Shown here piece after piece: positions 1 through 12,553 of a stretch of 64,000 nt of DNA. The stretch spans positions 25,794,001-25,858,000 of the forward strand of contig NC_086118.1 in NCBI RefSeq assembly GCF_963921235.1, written 5' to 3'. This DNA is from Mobula hypostoma (taxonomy: Eukaryota). Made by a program: the position numbers and the translations under genes. The notes below the pieces were generated by a model that was not told the DNA's origin, made no database searches, and worked only from the letters and a program-made list of their open reading frames with translations. The first letter of the stretch is position 1, and every line of letters begins with the position of its first letter.

Positions 1-2790
1 GTGAGTCCATGATCGACTCCATTGCCTCTCTCCGATCGAGTCGAGTGTGTGAGACAATGATCGACTCCATTGCCTCTCTCCGATGGAGTCGAGTGTGTGA
101 GTCAATGATCGACTCCATTGCCTCTCTCCGATTGAGTTGAGTGTGTGAGACCATGATCGACTCCATTAGTTCTCTCCAATCGAGTCGAGTGTGTGAGTCC
201 ATGATCGGCTCCATTGCCTCTCTCCGATCGAGTCGAGTGTGTGAGACAATGATCGACTCCATTGCCTCTCTCCGATCGAGTCGAGTGTGTGAGACCATGA
301 TCGACTCCATTAGTTCTCTCCAATCGAGTCGTCGAGTGTGTGAGACCATGATCGACTCCATTGCCTCTCTCCAATCGAGTCGAGTGTGTGAGACCATGAT
401 CGACTCCATTGCTTCTCTCCAATCGAGTCGAGTGAGTGAGACCATGATCGACTCCATTAGTTCTCTTCAATCGAGTCGTCGAGTGTGTGAGACCATGATC
501 GACTCCATTGCTTCTCTCCAATCGAGTCGAGTGTGTGAGACCATGATCGACTCCATTGCCTCTCTCCAATCGAGTCGAGTGTGTGAGACCATGATTGACT
601 TCATTGCCTCTCTCCAATCGAGTCGTCGAGTGTGTGAGACTATGATCGACTCCATTGCTTCTCTCCGATCGAGTCGTCGAGTGTGTGAGACCATGATCGA
701 CTCCATTGCTTCTCTCCAATCGAGTCTTTGAGTGCGTGAACCCATGATCGACTCCATTGCTTCTCTCTGATCGAGTCGAGTGCGTGAGACCATGATCGAC
801 TCTATTGCCTCTCTCCGATCAAGTCATTGAGTGCGTGAGACCATGGACTCCATTGCTTCTCCCTGATCGAGTCGTCAAGTGTGTGAGACAATGATCGACT
901 CCATTGCCTTTCTCCGAACGAGTTGAGTGTGTGAGATGATCGACTCCATTGCTTCTCCCTGATCCAGTTGAGTGTGAGGGACCATGATCGACTCCATTGC
1001 CTCTCTCTGATCGAGTCATCGAGTGAGTGAGACCATGATCCACTCCATTGCCTCTCTCTGAACGAGTCGTTGAGTGTGTGAGCCCATGATCGACTCCATT
1101 GCCTCTCTCCGATCATGTCGTTGAGTGTGTGAGACCATGATCCACTCCATTGCCTCTCTCTGAACGAGTCGTTGAGTGTGTGAGCCCATGATCGACTCCA
1201 TTGCCTCTCTCCGATCTTGTCGTTGAGTGTGTGAGACCATGATCGACTCCATTGCCTCTCTCCGAATGAGTCGTTGAGTGTGTGAGCCCATGATCGACTC
1301 CATTGCCTCTCTCCGATCGAGTCGAGTGTGTAACCCCATGATCGACTCCATTAGTTCTCTCCAATCAAGTTGAGTGTGTGAGTCTATGATTGACTCCATT
1401 GCCTCTCTCTGATCGAGTCGAGTGTGTGAGTCCATGATCGACTCCATTGCCTCTCTCCGATCGAGTCAAGTGTGTGAGACAATGATCGACTCCATTGCCT
1501 CTCTCCGATCGAGTTGAGTGTGTGAGACCATGATCGACTCCATTAGTTCTCTCCAATCGAGTCGAGTGTGTGAGTCCATGATCGGCTCCATTGCCTCTCT
1601 CCGATCGAGTCGAGTGTGTGAGACAATGATCGACTCCATTGCCTCTCTCCGATCGAGTCGAGTGTGTGAGACCATGATCGACTCCATTAGTTCTCTCCAA
1701 TTGAGTCGTCGAGTGTGTGAGACCATGATCGACTCCATTGCCTCTCTCCAATCGAGTCGAGTGTGTGAGACCATGATCGACTCCATTGCTTCTCTCCAAT
1801 CGAGTCGAGTGAGTGAGACCATGATCGACTCCATTAGTTCTCTTCAATCGAGTCGTCGAGTGTGTGAGACCATGATCGACTCCATTGCTTCTCTCCAATC
1901 GAGTCGAGTGTGTGAGACCATGATCGACTCCATTGCCTCTCTCCAATCGAGTCGAGTGTGTGAGACCATGATTGACTCCATTGCCTCTCCAATCGAGTCG
2001 TCGAGTGTGTGAGACTATGATCGACTCCATTGCTTCTCTCCGATCGAGTCGTCGAGTGTGTGAGACCATGATCGACTCCATTGCTTCTCTCCAATCGAGT
2101 CTTTGAGTGCGTGAACCCATGATCGACTCCATTGCTTCTCTCTGATCGAGTCGAGTGCGTGAGACCATGATCGACTCTATTGCCTCTCTCCGATCAAGTC
2201 ATGGAGTGCGTGAGACCATGGACTCCATTGCTTCTCCCTGATCGAGTCGTCAAGTGTGTGAGACAATGATCGACTCCATTGCCTTTCTCCGAACGAGTTG
2301 AGTGTGTGAGACCATGATCCACTCCATTGCCTCTCTCTGATCCAGTCGAGTGTGTGAGCCCATGATCGACTCCATTGCTTCTCCCTGATCCAGTTGAGTG
2401 TGAGGGACCATGATCGACTCCATTGCCTCTCTCTGATCGAGTCATCGAGTGAGTGAGACCATGATCCACTCCATTGCCTCTCTCTGAACGAGTCGTTGAG
2501 TGTGTGAGCCCATGATCGACTCCATTGCCTCTCTCCGATCATGTCGTTGAGTGTGTGAGACCATGATCCACTCCATTGCCTCTCTCTGAACGAGTCGTTG
2601 AGTGTGTGAGCCCATGATCGACTCCATTGCCTCTCTCCGATCATGTCGTTGAGTGTGTGAGACCATGATCGACTCCATTGCCTCTCTCCGAATGAGTCGT
2701 TGAGTGTGTGAGCCCATGATCAACTCCATTGCCTCTCTCTGATCGAGTCGTCGAGTGCATCAGCCCAACATCATCTCCATTGCTTCTCTC
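1..2790. repeat. 48/51-bp minisatellite array with a ~1.38-kb higher-order duplication
   Basis: Unit GAGTGTGTGAGACCATGATCGACTCCATTGCCTCTCTCCRATCGAGTC(GTC). The variant order recurs at an offset of ~1375-1377 (ORFs at 141/1518 and 802/2177). The array runs off the left edge. Confidence 0.97.
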
Positions 2791-3365
2791 TGTTTGAGTC
2801 ACTGGGAGCTAGGTTGAAGTCAACAAGGATGAGAGCAGGAGATGGGTGGGCATTTGACGCCGTCTGCCTGCATTTGACCAGTCTTCCTCTCTCCCTCACT
2901 AGATGCTGTCTGAGGTAAGTGCGGGACCCTTGGGGTTTCATGCTGCAAGGATTGATCGGTGAGGCTGTGGACTCATTTGAGGTTCATGGTGCATGTATTT
3001 CTAGATTCCAGCTACTCTTTATTTTTGCTGGTTGTAAGTGGTTTCATTGGGGCGATCGATAAAGACAGTGGCACTTCAGCGAAGAATGACTCTGCATACA
3101 GCATGCCGTGGGCTAGCAGCTCGGCAGTGAAGTGAACTGAACTAAATACCACTGGACACCTGGTTTAATGTTTGGTATTCTCTGTGTTGTTCACCTGCTT
3201 TTTGCTGTTTGTGCAACTTGTCATTTTCTCACGCATTGGGTGCTTGGCGTTCTCCTGAATGGGTTCTGTGTTGTCTTTGTGTTTCATACCTGCCTGCAGG
3301 ACGACCAATCTCAGACTCGGATTCTGTATACATATTTGATAATAAATGTACTTTGAATCTTTGAA
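2790..3365 (+). mobile_element. 3' part of a non-autonomous retroelement with a Rex1-like tail (host of the minisatellite)
   Basis: Ends GATAATAAATGTACTTTGAATCTTTGAA; aligns by eye with the reverse complement of 53790-54410. Confidence 0.65.
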
Positions 3366-3709
3366 TTAGGAGTTGCTCTTAGGTCAGTTTTATATGCCAC
3401 TAGTAGTGAAGTGGATACAAACCTGGTAGATTCTATTCAATTTGGCCTGATATGTCATAGACTAAGAGGCAGAGAGCACTGCTTAAAAAATCATTCATCT
3501 CGATCTGACTCTACTTGTGCATCCTAGACCAGCAAAACCCCAATACAAGGATAATGAGCAGTTCTGTGAAGAAAACTAGATTGTCATTCTTAATAAAAAG
3601 CTGCTAATCACAGAAGTTCAAAATAATGTAGCAAGACCACGAGAAGGATTTAGTGAAGACATAATACTAACGGAAGTGCCAAAGACCATTAATTTACCTA
3701 TACTGCAAA

Positions 3710-4060
3710 GATAAACTTTATTCATGATAGATATATACAGTATAAACAGAAGAAATAGTGCAAAAGAACTTTACAATCCTGGTCAGTACAATACACAGTG
3801 TAAATTTCAAAGAGAGGGGAAGAAAAATACAAAAAATAGCGCTATTGCCAGCATGAGGTGATATATCCTTATCATTGTTTCAGTGGCATTCCCACCCAAC
3901 ATCACACATCCATGTGTGGTCATGGAAGCATCCTATACTCTGCCCCTTCCCCACAGAGCCTTAGAGCAGGCCACACTGAGCTACAGTGTGTCCCTCAGTA
4001 CATACAACTGCAGCCAGTTGGAGGCACAGTAAGGTGGCAACGCACACTGGCCAATTAATA
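3710..4060 (-). mobile_element. Tx1-type LINE 3' remnant
   Basis: Minus-strand translation QLYVLRDTL*LSVACSKALW resembles the Tx1 ORF2 C-terminus; AATAAA (tttatt) at ~3717. Confidence 0.55.
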
Positions 4061-4749
4061 GACATGGCAAAAGCAAGTGCTAACTTACACACATCACAAC
4101 TCTCCTGAAGCAGAGCTCATCAAAAGGCAAGAGTAACGAAGATAAAAGACAGCACTGTTAAAGGGTAGGAGAATTTTTGCATATGATATTCTTGATGACT
4201 TAACCGCAACAGCAAATTAAATGACTTCTTTTAGCTTCAGGATAATTCCCAACCATTAACTTATAGGCAGTTGCTTTGTGGGGGTGTGACAGACAAATTA
4301 AACTTTACTATCTTTAAAACGTGGAGGATGTTTCAGAATGTTAATCTACAATGGCCAAGCAGATTCTTGAAGGAACATTTCTATACATCTGACAGTTTGA
4401 CTCGGAATGGTGATTAGGAGCAAATTGCAACTGAAGTACAACATCCAAGGCACAATTTTCACAAACGAACAGATTAATCAGACAGCTGCAACACAAAACA
4501 AAGCAACTTATTAGTCCAGAAGTATTAATTGCCCAATCTAAGCAGAGTGTATATGGCATTTCACATTTATGTTTTTCTTATTAATTCCTAGTTTGTAAAC
4601 TCCAAGAAATTGGTAACATCAAGTTAAGTATTTTAGATTTTTGGTGAAAGGAATGGAACAATCAATTTTGCTGTCCCTGGGATAACATCTGGGAATTATA
4701 AAGTAAAAATTATGTGATTTACCTGCTTTTCTGAAGCTCTTCTGCCCTT

Positions 4750-6445
4750 AAAAGGAACTTCTACAGCCCCCAATGATATTGTGATTTCAGTCACTGAAGC
4801 CAACGTAAGACCATCCTTCAGGACAGTCGACCCATGGAAAGCATCCGGCCCAGATGGGGTACCCGGCCGAATATTAAAGATATGTGCTGATCATCTGAAG
4901 TGTTCTTTCACCTCTCGCTTCAGCAGTCTGAGGTACCCACCTGCTTCAAGCAGACTTCAAATATGCCAGTGCCTAAGAAACACTTGGTAACCTGCCTCAA
5001 AGACTATTGACCAGCACTTACATCCACAGTGATGAAGTGTTTTGAGAGCTTGGTGATGAAACATATCAAGTTCTGCCTGAGAAATGACTTGGGTCTGCTG
5101 CAGTTTGCCTACTGGAGTAATAGGTCCACAGTAGATGCCACCTCATTATCTCTTCACTCAACCCTGGAACATCTGGACAACAAAAATGTATATATCAGGA
5201 TGCTCTTTATCAACTGCAGCTTAGCATTCTATACCATCATCGCCTCAGAACTAATCATAAAGCTCCAAGACCTTGGCCTCGAAGGCTCTTGGTGAAATTA
5301 GATCCTCGAATTCCCCACTGCAGACCACAGTCAGTTTAGATTGACAACAACATCTCCTCCACGATCTCCATCAGCACAGGTGTACCACAAGGCTGTGTGC
5401 TTAGCCCCCTGCTCTAATCACTTCACACTTATGACTGCGTGCTCGGAACAGCACCAACACCATATTTAAGCTTGCTGATGACACCATTGTCACATGCTGA
5501 ATCAAAGATGGTGACATATCAGTATAGAGGAGGAAGACTGAAAATCTGGCTGAGTGGTGCCACACCAACACCCTCTTACTCAATATCAGCAAGACCAAGG
5601 AGCTGATTATTGACTTCAGGAGGAGGAAACTGTAGGTCCATGGGCCAGTCCACCCAGATCAATCAGCAACTTTAAATTCCTTGGTGTTATAATTTCAGAG
5701 GACCTGTCCTGGCCCTAGCATGTAAGTGCAATTATAGAGAAAGCACGGCAGCAACTCTACTTTCTTAGCAGTTTGCAAAAATTTGGCATGATATCTAAAA
5801 CTTTGATGAACTTTTATAGATTGAGGGTAGAGTGTATATTGACTGGCTGCATCACAGTTTGGTATGGAAACACCAATACCCTCGAACCCTACCAAAACAA
5901 AATGGATAAAACCCAGTCAGTCATGGGTAAAGCACTCCCAACTTGCGAGCACATCTACATTGAGCACTGTTGCAGGGAAGCAGCATTCATCTGAGAGTCC
6001 CACCACCCAGCATGCTCTCTTCTCACTGTTGCCTTCAGGAAGAAGGTACAGAAGCCTCAGGACTCACAACACCAGATTCAGGAAGAGTTATTACCCTTCA
6101 ACCATCAGGCTCTTGAACCAAAGTGGATAAATTCACTTGTCCCATCACTGAAAAGTTCCCACAACCTATGGACTCACTTTCAAGGACTCTTCATCTCATG
6201 TTATCAATATATATTTATTGTTATTGTCTCTTTCTTTTTGTGTTGGCACAATTTGTTGTCTTTTTCACACCAGTCAAATGCCCAAGTTGGTGTGGTCTTT
6301 CACTGATTCTATTATGATTGTCGTCCTATTATGGATTTATTGAGCATGCCTGCAAGAAAATGAAATCTCAGGGTTGTATATGGTGAAATATATGTACGTT
6401 GATAATAAATTTACTTTGAACTTTGAACTTTGAACTTGAACTTAA
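4750..6445 (+). mobile_element. Rex1/Babar-clade LINE, 5'-truncated and degraded
   Basis: KASGPDGVPGRILK, MKCFESLV, LQFAY..NRSTVDA, GVPQGCVL, KLADDT, LLPSGRRYRSL motifs; (TTTGAAC)n tail. Confidence 0.88.
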
Positions 6446-6549
6446 CTACACAGCACCCTTGGTTGACCTGTTTTTATTTAGAAACATAAATATATCGCTG
6501 GGCATCTAGATTTCACATTGATTCTAGATTTCACATTTTCTGCCCAATG

Positions 6550-6735
6550 AAGCAGTGGAAGCTACCTCAGTAACTATATTTGAGACAAGGTTGGATAGAT
6601 TTTTGCATAGTAGAGGAATTAAAGGTTATGGGGAAAAGACAGGTTGGTGGAGATGAGTCCGTGGCCAGATCAGCCATGATCTTATTGAATGGGCCAGATG
6701 GCCTACTCCTGCTCCTATTTCTTATGTTCTTACGA
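6550..6735 (+). mobile_element. CR1 3'-end fragment
   Basis: GATCAGCCATGATC and GGCCAGATGGCCTACTCCTGCTCCTATTTCTTATG terminal motifs shared with other CR1 copies here. Confidence 0.8.
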
Positions 6736-7172
6736 TGCAATCACGAAGAAGGCACGCCAGCAACTATTAGGAGTTTGAGGAGATTTGATATGTCACCAAA
6801 AACTATTTCTACAAGTTTCTACAGATGTACCACTGGGACTGGCTGGATCACTGACTGGTATGAGGGCTTCAACGCACAGGATAGAAAGAGGCTGCAGTGT
6901 TGCAGATTCAGTCAGCTGCATCATGGCACAAACTCCCCACCACTGAGTATATTTACAGAAGCTGGTGCCTCAAGAATCCATCATTAAGGACCCTCACCAT
7001 CAAGAATATGTGCTCTTCTCATTGCTACCACCGGGGAGGAGGTACAGGAGCCTAAAGACCCATCCTCAGTATTTTAGGAACAGCTTCTTCCCCTCCACCA
7101 TCAGATTTCTGAATGGTTCACGAAGTGGTGAACACTACCTTACTACTCCACTTCTGTATGATTTATTATTTT

Positions 7173-7815
7173 AGGAAGGAGGAGAAGATGGCGGCGCGAT
7201 GCAGCGCGCGCAGCTGTTCCAAATGATATCATGTGTGTAAGTAGGGGCCGTGCACAATCCTGATTTGATGGAGACAGCCGTGAGAAGCATGGAGGAACAC
7301 CTGGAGAAACTTCTGAAATGCCTGTTTCACTGCCACAGCTACTGTGCGATCGAGAATCTCCAGAGGGGAAGGCCGCAAATCCTCAGCTTTGCTCGTTGCT
7401 CGGTGGCTGGGGCAGGGTCGAAGCACTTGGCAGAGATGGTGCTCGGTGTCAGAGAGCTGGTCGGAGGCTCGGAGTTTTCGGACGGACTCGGAGTCGGACT
7501 GTGGTCAGATGCTTCCAGGATGCTGCATCGGCAAGTTTGCGGCACTGGAGGTTCACCATCTGCATGAGATGATGGGACTTTCGAGAGACTTTGAGGCTTT
7601 TTACTGTGCTGATGGTCTGTTCTTATCAAATCACGGTATTGCTTTGCACTGTTGTAACTATATGTTATAATTATGTGGTTTTTGTCAGTTTTTCAGTCGG
7701 TTTGTCATGTGTTTCTGTAATAACATTCTGGAGAAACATTGTATCATTTCTTAATACATGCATTATTAAATGACAATAAAAGAGGACTGCGTGTCCTCAT
7801 AATCTAAAAAAAAAC
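7173..7815 (+). mobile_element. Non-autonomous retroelement with 5' YY1-like motif
   Basis: Starts GGAGAAGATGGCGGCG and is CpG-rich; ends AATAAA...AATCTAAAAAAAAA; splits the Rex1 3' UTR. Confidence 0.65.
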
Positions 7816-7835
7816 TTAAAGTAATTTTTTTTATA

Positions 7836-8159
7836 CAGTCGACCCGTGGGGAATTGGTTCCAGGCCCCCCTGCTGATACCAAAAAATGCAGATGCTCAAG
7901 CCCATTATATAAAATGGCGTAGTATTTGCATACAACTTACGCACATCCTCCCGTATAATTTAAATCATCCCTAGATTACTTATAATGCCTAATACAATGT
8001 AAATGCTATGTAAATAGTTGTTATACTGTATTGCTTAGGAAATAATGACAAGAAAAAATGCTCAAACAACGAGTGCTGGAGAGAGAACTTCCGGGCTATC
8101 CCGATCCGCGGTTGGTTGAATCCATGCATGTGGAACCCGCGGATAAGGAGGGCCGAATG
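7836..8159. mobile_element. Tigger/pogo-type MITE (MER2-like)
   Basis: TA|CAGTCGACCC...GGGCCGAATG|TA: imperfect TIRs with TA duplication; AT-rich MER2-like interior. Confidence 0.75.
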
Positions 8160-9234
8160 TACATTGCACTGTCCCACTACCACAAACCAACAAATCACAT
8201 AGAATATGTCCCTGACAGTAAACCTGATACTGATTCTGAACCCTGTTGTAACCTGACAAGGGCCTGTGTTATCTCATTCCCTTCACGGCCAGTGCAAGGG
8301 GCCTGTTTGTGCACCATTGACCTAATTGAACACCTTCCAAATCTGTGATTTATTACCCATAAAAGATGAGGCTAAAAAGGAATGAAAGGCTATCAGCTTC
8401 AACTCTCCTACAAGTAATCCAGTGATCTGGCTTGGAAAACCAAAAAGTGATGCATACAGTCAACAGGTCAGGCAGCATCTGTAGAGAAAGAAACAGTTTC
8501 TGTGTCACATCTGAGAATCTTCAACAGAACTTAGAAAGAGAGTAAAATATTTTCATATCTGAATAATAACTGTTTCTCCTTCCACAGACACCACCTGACC
8601 TGCTGAGTGTTTCCAGTATTTTCTGTTTTTTTTATTCAAGTCAGAGAGACTTTGTCAGAACTGCAGCTTGTTCAGTCTCACTGGGTCCAAGACCTACTGG
8701 TTTCTAATCATTAGCGTTATGAAATAGCACAATTGGTGAGGGACAACAAATGCCACCTTTGGCACTACTGCCGAAATCCTGTAAATGAACTAATTAAAAT
8801 ACAACAAAATTGTGCTGGCTTGATTTAACATGAAACTCATTTGTATACGGCTGAACGCTGGAGTTTCTGTGCAGCCAGGTAACAGGCGAGTGAGCATGGG
8901 CGTGATTGCCAGGAGCACACTGGGAGTTATGTAATTAAAGACGGCTCACATAAAAGGTAAAGAATGACTCTGAAGAGTGATGCTGAAGTGAATAATGTAA
9001 GATTATCTTTTTTTTTGCTGGGAGGAAAACAAACTAATGTGGCCTATCAAACTTATCTAACTGATAGATTTAATGCACAACAGTAATGAATGAGTTGGTC
9101 TGACCACTGGGCCAAATTATGCAATGAATCTTAATTTTAATCATCCAGCCACATTAACAGTAATGCATGCAATGTGTAACTTCATATTAAATTTGGTATT
9201 ATTTATTTGGTACGTCACCAAAGACAATTGCCAA

Positions 9235-9740
9235 TTTGTACAGATGTATTGTGGAGAATATTCTAATTGGCTGCATCAACATCTGGTAGCGGGGTGGGGG
9301 AAACTACACAGGATCGAAATAAGCCGCAGAGTGTTGTGAACTCATTCTGCTCCATCATGGGCACCAGCCTCCCCAGTATTCAGAACATCTTCAAGGAATG
9401 ATGCCTCAGAAAGGTGGCATCCATCATCCATCTGGGACATGCTCTCCTCTCATTGCTACCATCAGGAAGGAGGTACAAGAGCCTGAAGGTGCACACTCAA
9501 TGATTCAGGAACAGCTTCTTCCCCTCTGCCATCCAATTTCTGAATGGGCATTGAACCCATGAACACTACCTCACTACTTTATTGCACTACTTATTTAATT
9601 TAACATATTTAGCTTACTATACACACATCTTATTATAATTCATTGTTTTTTTATTATGTATTGCAAGGTACTGCTGCCGCATACAATAAATTTCACGACA
9701 TATGCTGATGATATTAAAACCAATTCCGATTCTGATTCTC
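9235..9740 (+). mobile_element. Rex1/Babar LINE 3' fragment
   Basis: CATTGCTACCATCAGGAAGGAGGTACAAGAGCCTG (LLPSGRRYKSL); GATTCTGATTCT tail. Confidence 0.8.
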
Positions 9741-11586
9741 ATTTGATGACTTGAATCAATTTTGAAAAAGCTCTTACACTCTTAAGGGGCAATATAAATG
9801 TTTAACAATGTATCAGCTGTGTGAAAATATTGGGTCATAACTTGCTGCCAGCTTAACTTTCTTATATTCACTGCTGGAATCCACACTAACCACAGAGTTA
9901 TCTTTTCTAGATCCATCAATATTGACTTCTTGGTTAAGAATGGCCCTGGTTTAAATTGGTTAGACCTTCCAAGGTGTCAGGCCTTGGGCGATTAAATTCC
10001 ATACAGAGAAAACTCCAAACACTGAAATGGCAGAAAAACGCTGATAGATAGCGAAGCCATGTTAGCCTCCCCAAAGCTTTACTGGCTGTCAAAGCACTCA
10101 AAAGCTTTAAATATTTCTAAATATCACTGTACATTCAAAAATATTCAATGACTATTGAAAATTAAATAATTAGCCATTTAAAATATTAGTATGTTACTTA
10201 AATCTTTAACAAATTTTTAAAAAATTGAAGAAAACATTAATTATTTTTTAAATGCAAATTTGTTGCACTTACCTTTTTCCATTGCAGCTGTTCCCCAGCA
10301 TAACTACTGGGGAATTACCACAAACTCATGCTCTGCTGGAAGAGTGAAATAAATACCCTTTGGCCGTTCAATATTTCCATCAAGAGAGCAAAGGGTTGCC
10401 TCCCATATCAATCTCCATCGTTCCCCGCAGTTTAAATATTTGATATCATCTGACTGACTTCGTTCCACGGAGCACATTTCAAAGGCAGTTCTGCATAGTC
10501 TTTCCATATGCTACTTCAGCTACCTCCTCCATCCCTATATCTCACATTGCTTCCTTTACTCATCCTACTTGGCCATTGGTGAATCCTCAGTTCCCAACAC
10601 CCAACATTTGTGTGAAGAATTTTTATCCACGTCTAATCTCTAGAATTCTGTCAGTGCACACTCTTATGCCTTCAACGTCAAAACTATCTTTTAGAACAGA
10701 CTCAAAACCTGACATGGAGATTCCTGTGTGGGACCAATTGCTAAGTTACTGTTAAAATTTACTAATATATGCAAGAGTTACATCTGACAGTCTCAGTAAC
10801 ATACCAGGAAACAAAAAAAAAAACAGCAGGAACGTGTGGAAATCTGCACAAGAATCAGAAGGAAATGTAGAATTCATATCATGTACATTTTGTGAAATAT
10901 GTGTATTTAAAATTCAACCTATTTCCTATATTTTGAGTAGATTAAATATACCCTGCTTCAGAACATTTCATTATTGAAGAATTTCCATTTAAGATGAGTC
11001 ACTCAGATGCTAGAACGTTAGATGTGAAGAAACAGAAATTTCAGTGCAAGGCCCAGTGAAGGATAAACATACAGAAACATAGAAAACCTACAGCACAATA
11101 CAGGCCCTTCAGCTCACAAAGCTGTGCCGAGCATGTCCTTACTTTAGAAATTACCTAGTGTTACCCATAGCCCTCTATTTTTCCAACCTCCATGTACCTG
11201 TCCAGGAGTCTCTTAAAAGACCCTATTGTATATTTTTAAATGCATATTTAAATACAAGCAAGTCACAAAATGGTAGGGCAAAAATTCTGTATATTGCTGC
11301 AATCCAAAATTCCTCCCTGGGCAGCAGCATTATGATGAACTGTCATGCATTCTTAGATAGAGATCAATGTAATGATCCAGGAAATTTGACTTGTATACTT
11401 AATATTTTCGATCTAAGCAGTGTTTAAACCTTTTAACGAGTGGAAAATACACTTACTTATTCCCATTCCCCAAACTCTTGATTTTTTTGCTTCATTACTC
11501 AAAGTCCATTCCTTTATTTACATTTGCCTCAGCAATGTAAAATGGAGAGGAGGGAATCATCAGCAAATTGACAAACAGATACCTAC

Positions 11587-11660
11587 TTGATTTTTTAGAA
11601 CAGGCCTTTGATAATTTTGTCTGCAAGAAATCTGCCATTTCTTTGTCTTCTTCTCTTTCT
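11587..11660 (-). CDS. BMERB1: BMERB1-like internal coding exon D (74 nt; 78 nt if the donor at 11582 is used)
   Basis: ttatcatAG|A GAA AGA GAA GAA GAC AAA GAA ATG GCA GAT TTC TTG = (R)EREEDKEMADFLQTKLSKACSKKS, followed by GTAGGTAT (two possible GT donors). Confidence 0.88.
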
Positions 11661-11754
11661 CTATGATAAAAAGCAATTAAGTTTCAAAATAATCATCAGA
11701 CTAAAACAACATATAGATTTATTCAACATTGTTGATAACTCACACCTCATATTT

Positions 11755-12400
11755 AGACCATAAGACCATAAGACACAGGAGCAGAATTAAGCTATTCAAC
11801 CCATCGAGTCTGCTCCACCATTCCATCATGGCTGATCCTGGGTCCCACTAAACCCCATACACCTGCCTTCACACCATATCCTTTGATGCCCTGACTAATC
11901 AAGAAATTCTCAACTTCCACTTTAAATATACCCACGGACTTGACCTCCATTGCAATCTGTGGCAGAGTATTCCACATATTCACCACCCTGCTCTGGCCAA
12001 AAAGCACCCTCCTTATCTCTGTTCTATAAGGTTGCCTCTCAATTTTGAGGCTGTGCCTTCTAGTTTTGGATACCTCCACCATAGGAAACATCCTCTCTAC
12101 ATCCACCTTATCTAGTCCTTTCAACATTTGGTGGGTTTCAATGAGATCTCCCTGCATTCTTCTAAATTCCAGTGAGTACAGGCCCAAAGCTGCCAAACCC
12201 TCCTCATATGTTAACCTCATTCATTCCCGGAATCATCCTTGTAATCCTCCCCTGAACTCTCTCCAATGACAACACATCCTCTCTGAGACGCGGGTTCCAA
12301 AACTGTTGACGAAACTCCAAGTGCGGCCTGACTAATGTCTTATAAAGCCTCAGCATTATGTCCTTGCTTTTATATTCTATTCCCCTTGAAATAAATCTTA
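11755..12400 (-). mobile_element. CR1 3' fragment
   Basis: LGLYSLEFRRMQGDLIE...RVVNMWNTLP; (TATGGTCT)n tail at 11755-11772. Confidence 0.9.
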
Positions 12401-12415
12401 CATATCTCTTGTTTA

Positions 12416-12553
<138 letters not shown>

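Larger units (their letters stand above)
6740..8240 (+). mobile_element. Rex1/Babar LINE 3' fragment interrupted by two insertions
   Basis: LRRFDMSPKT and LFSLLPPGRRYRSL...FFPSTIRFLN; the tail resumes after 8161 and ends CTGATTCTGA. Confidence 0.8.

Noticed and set aside
102..2729. Long repetitive ORFs on both strands; CRISPR-like appearance
   Set aside because: By-products of 48/51-bp units; there are no unique spacers or cas genes, and the context is vertebrate.
10265..10510. Strong minus-strand donor AAG|GTAAGT at 10272 as an extra BMERB1-like exon
   Set aside because: No convincing acceptor or protein similarity found upstream of it.
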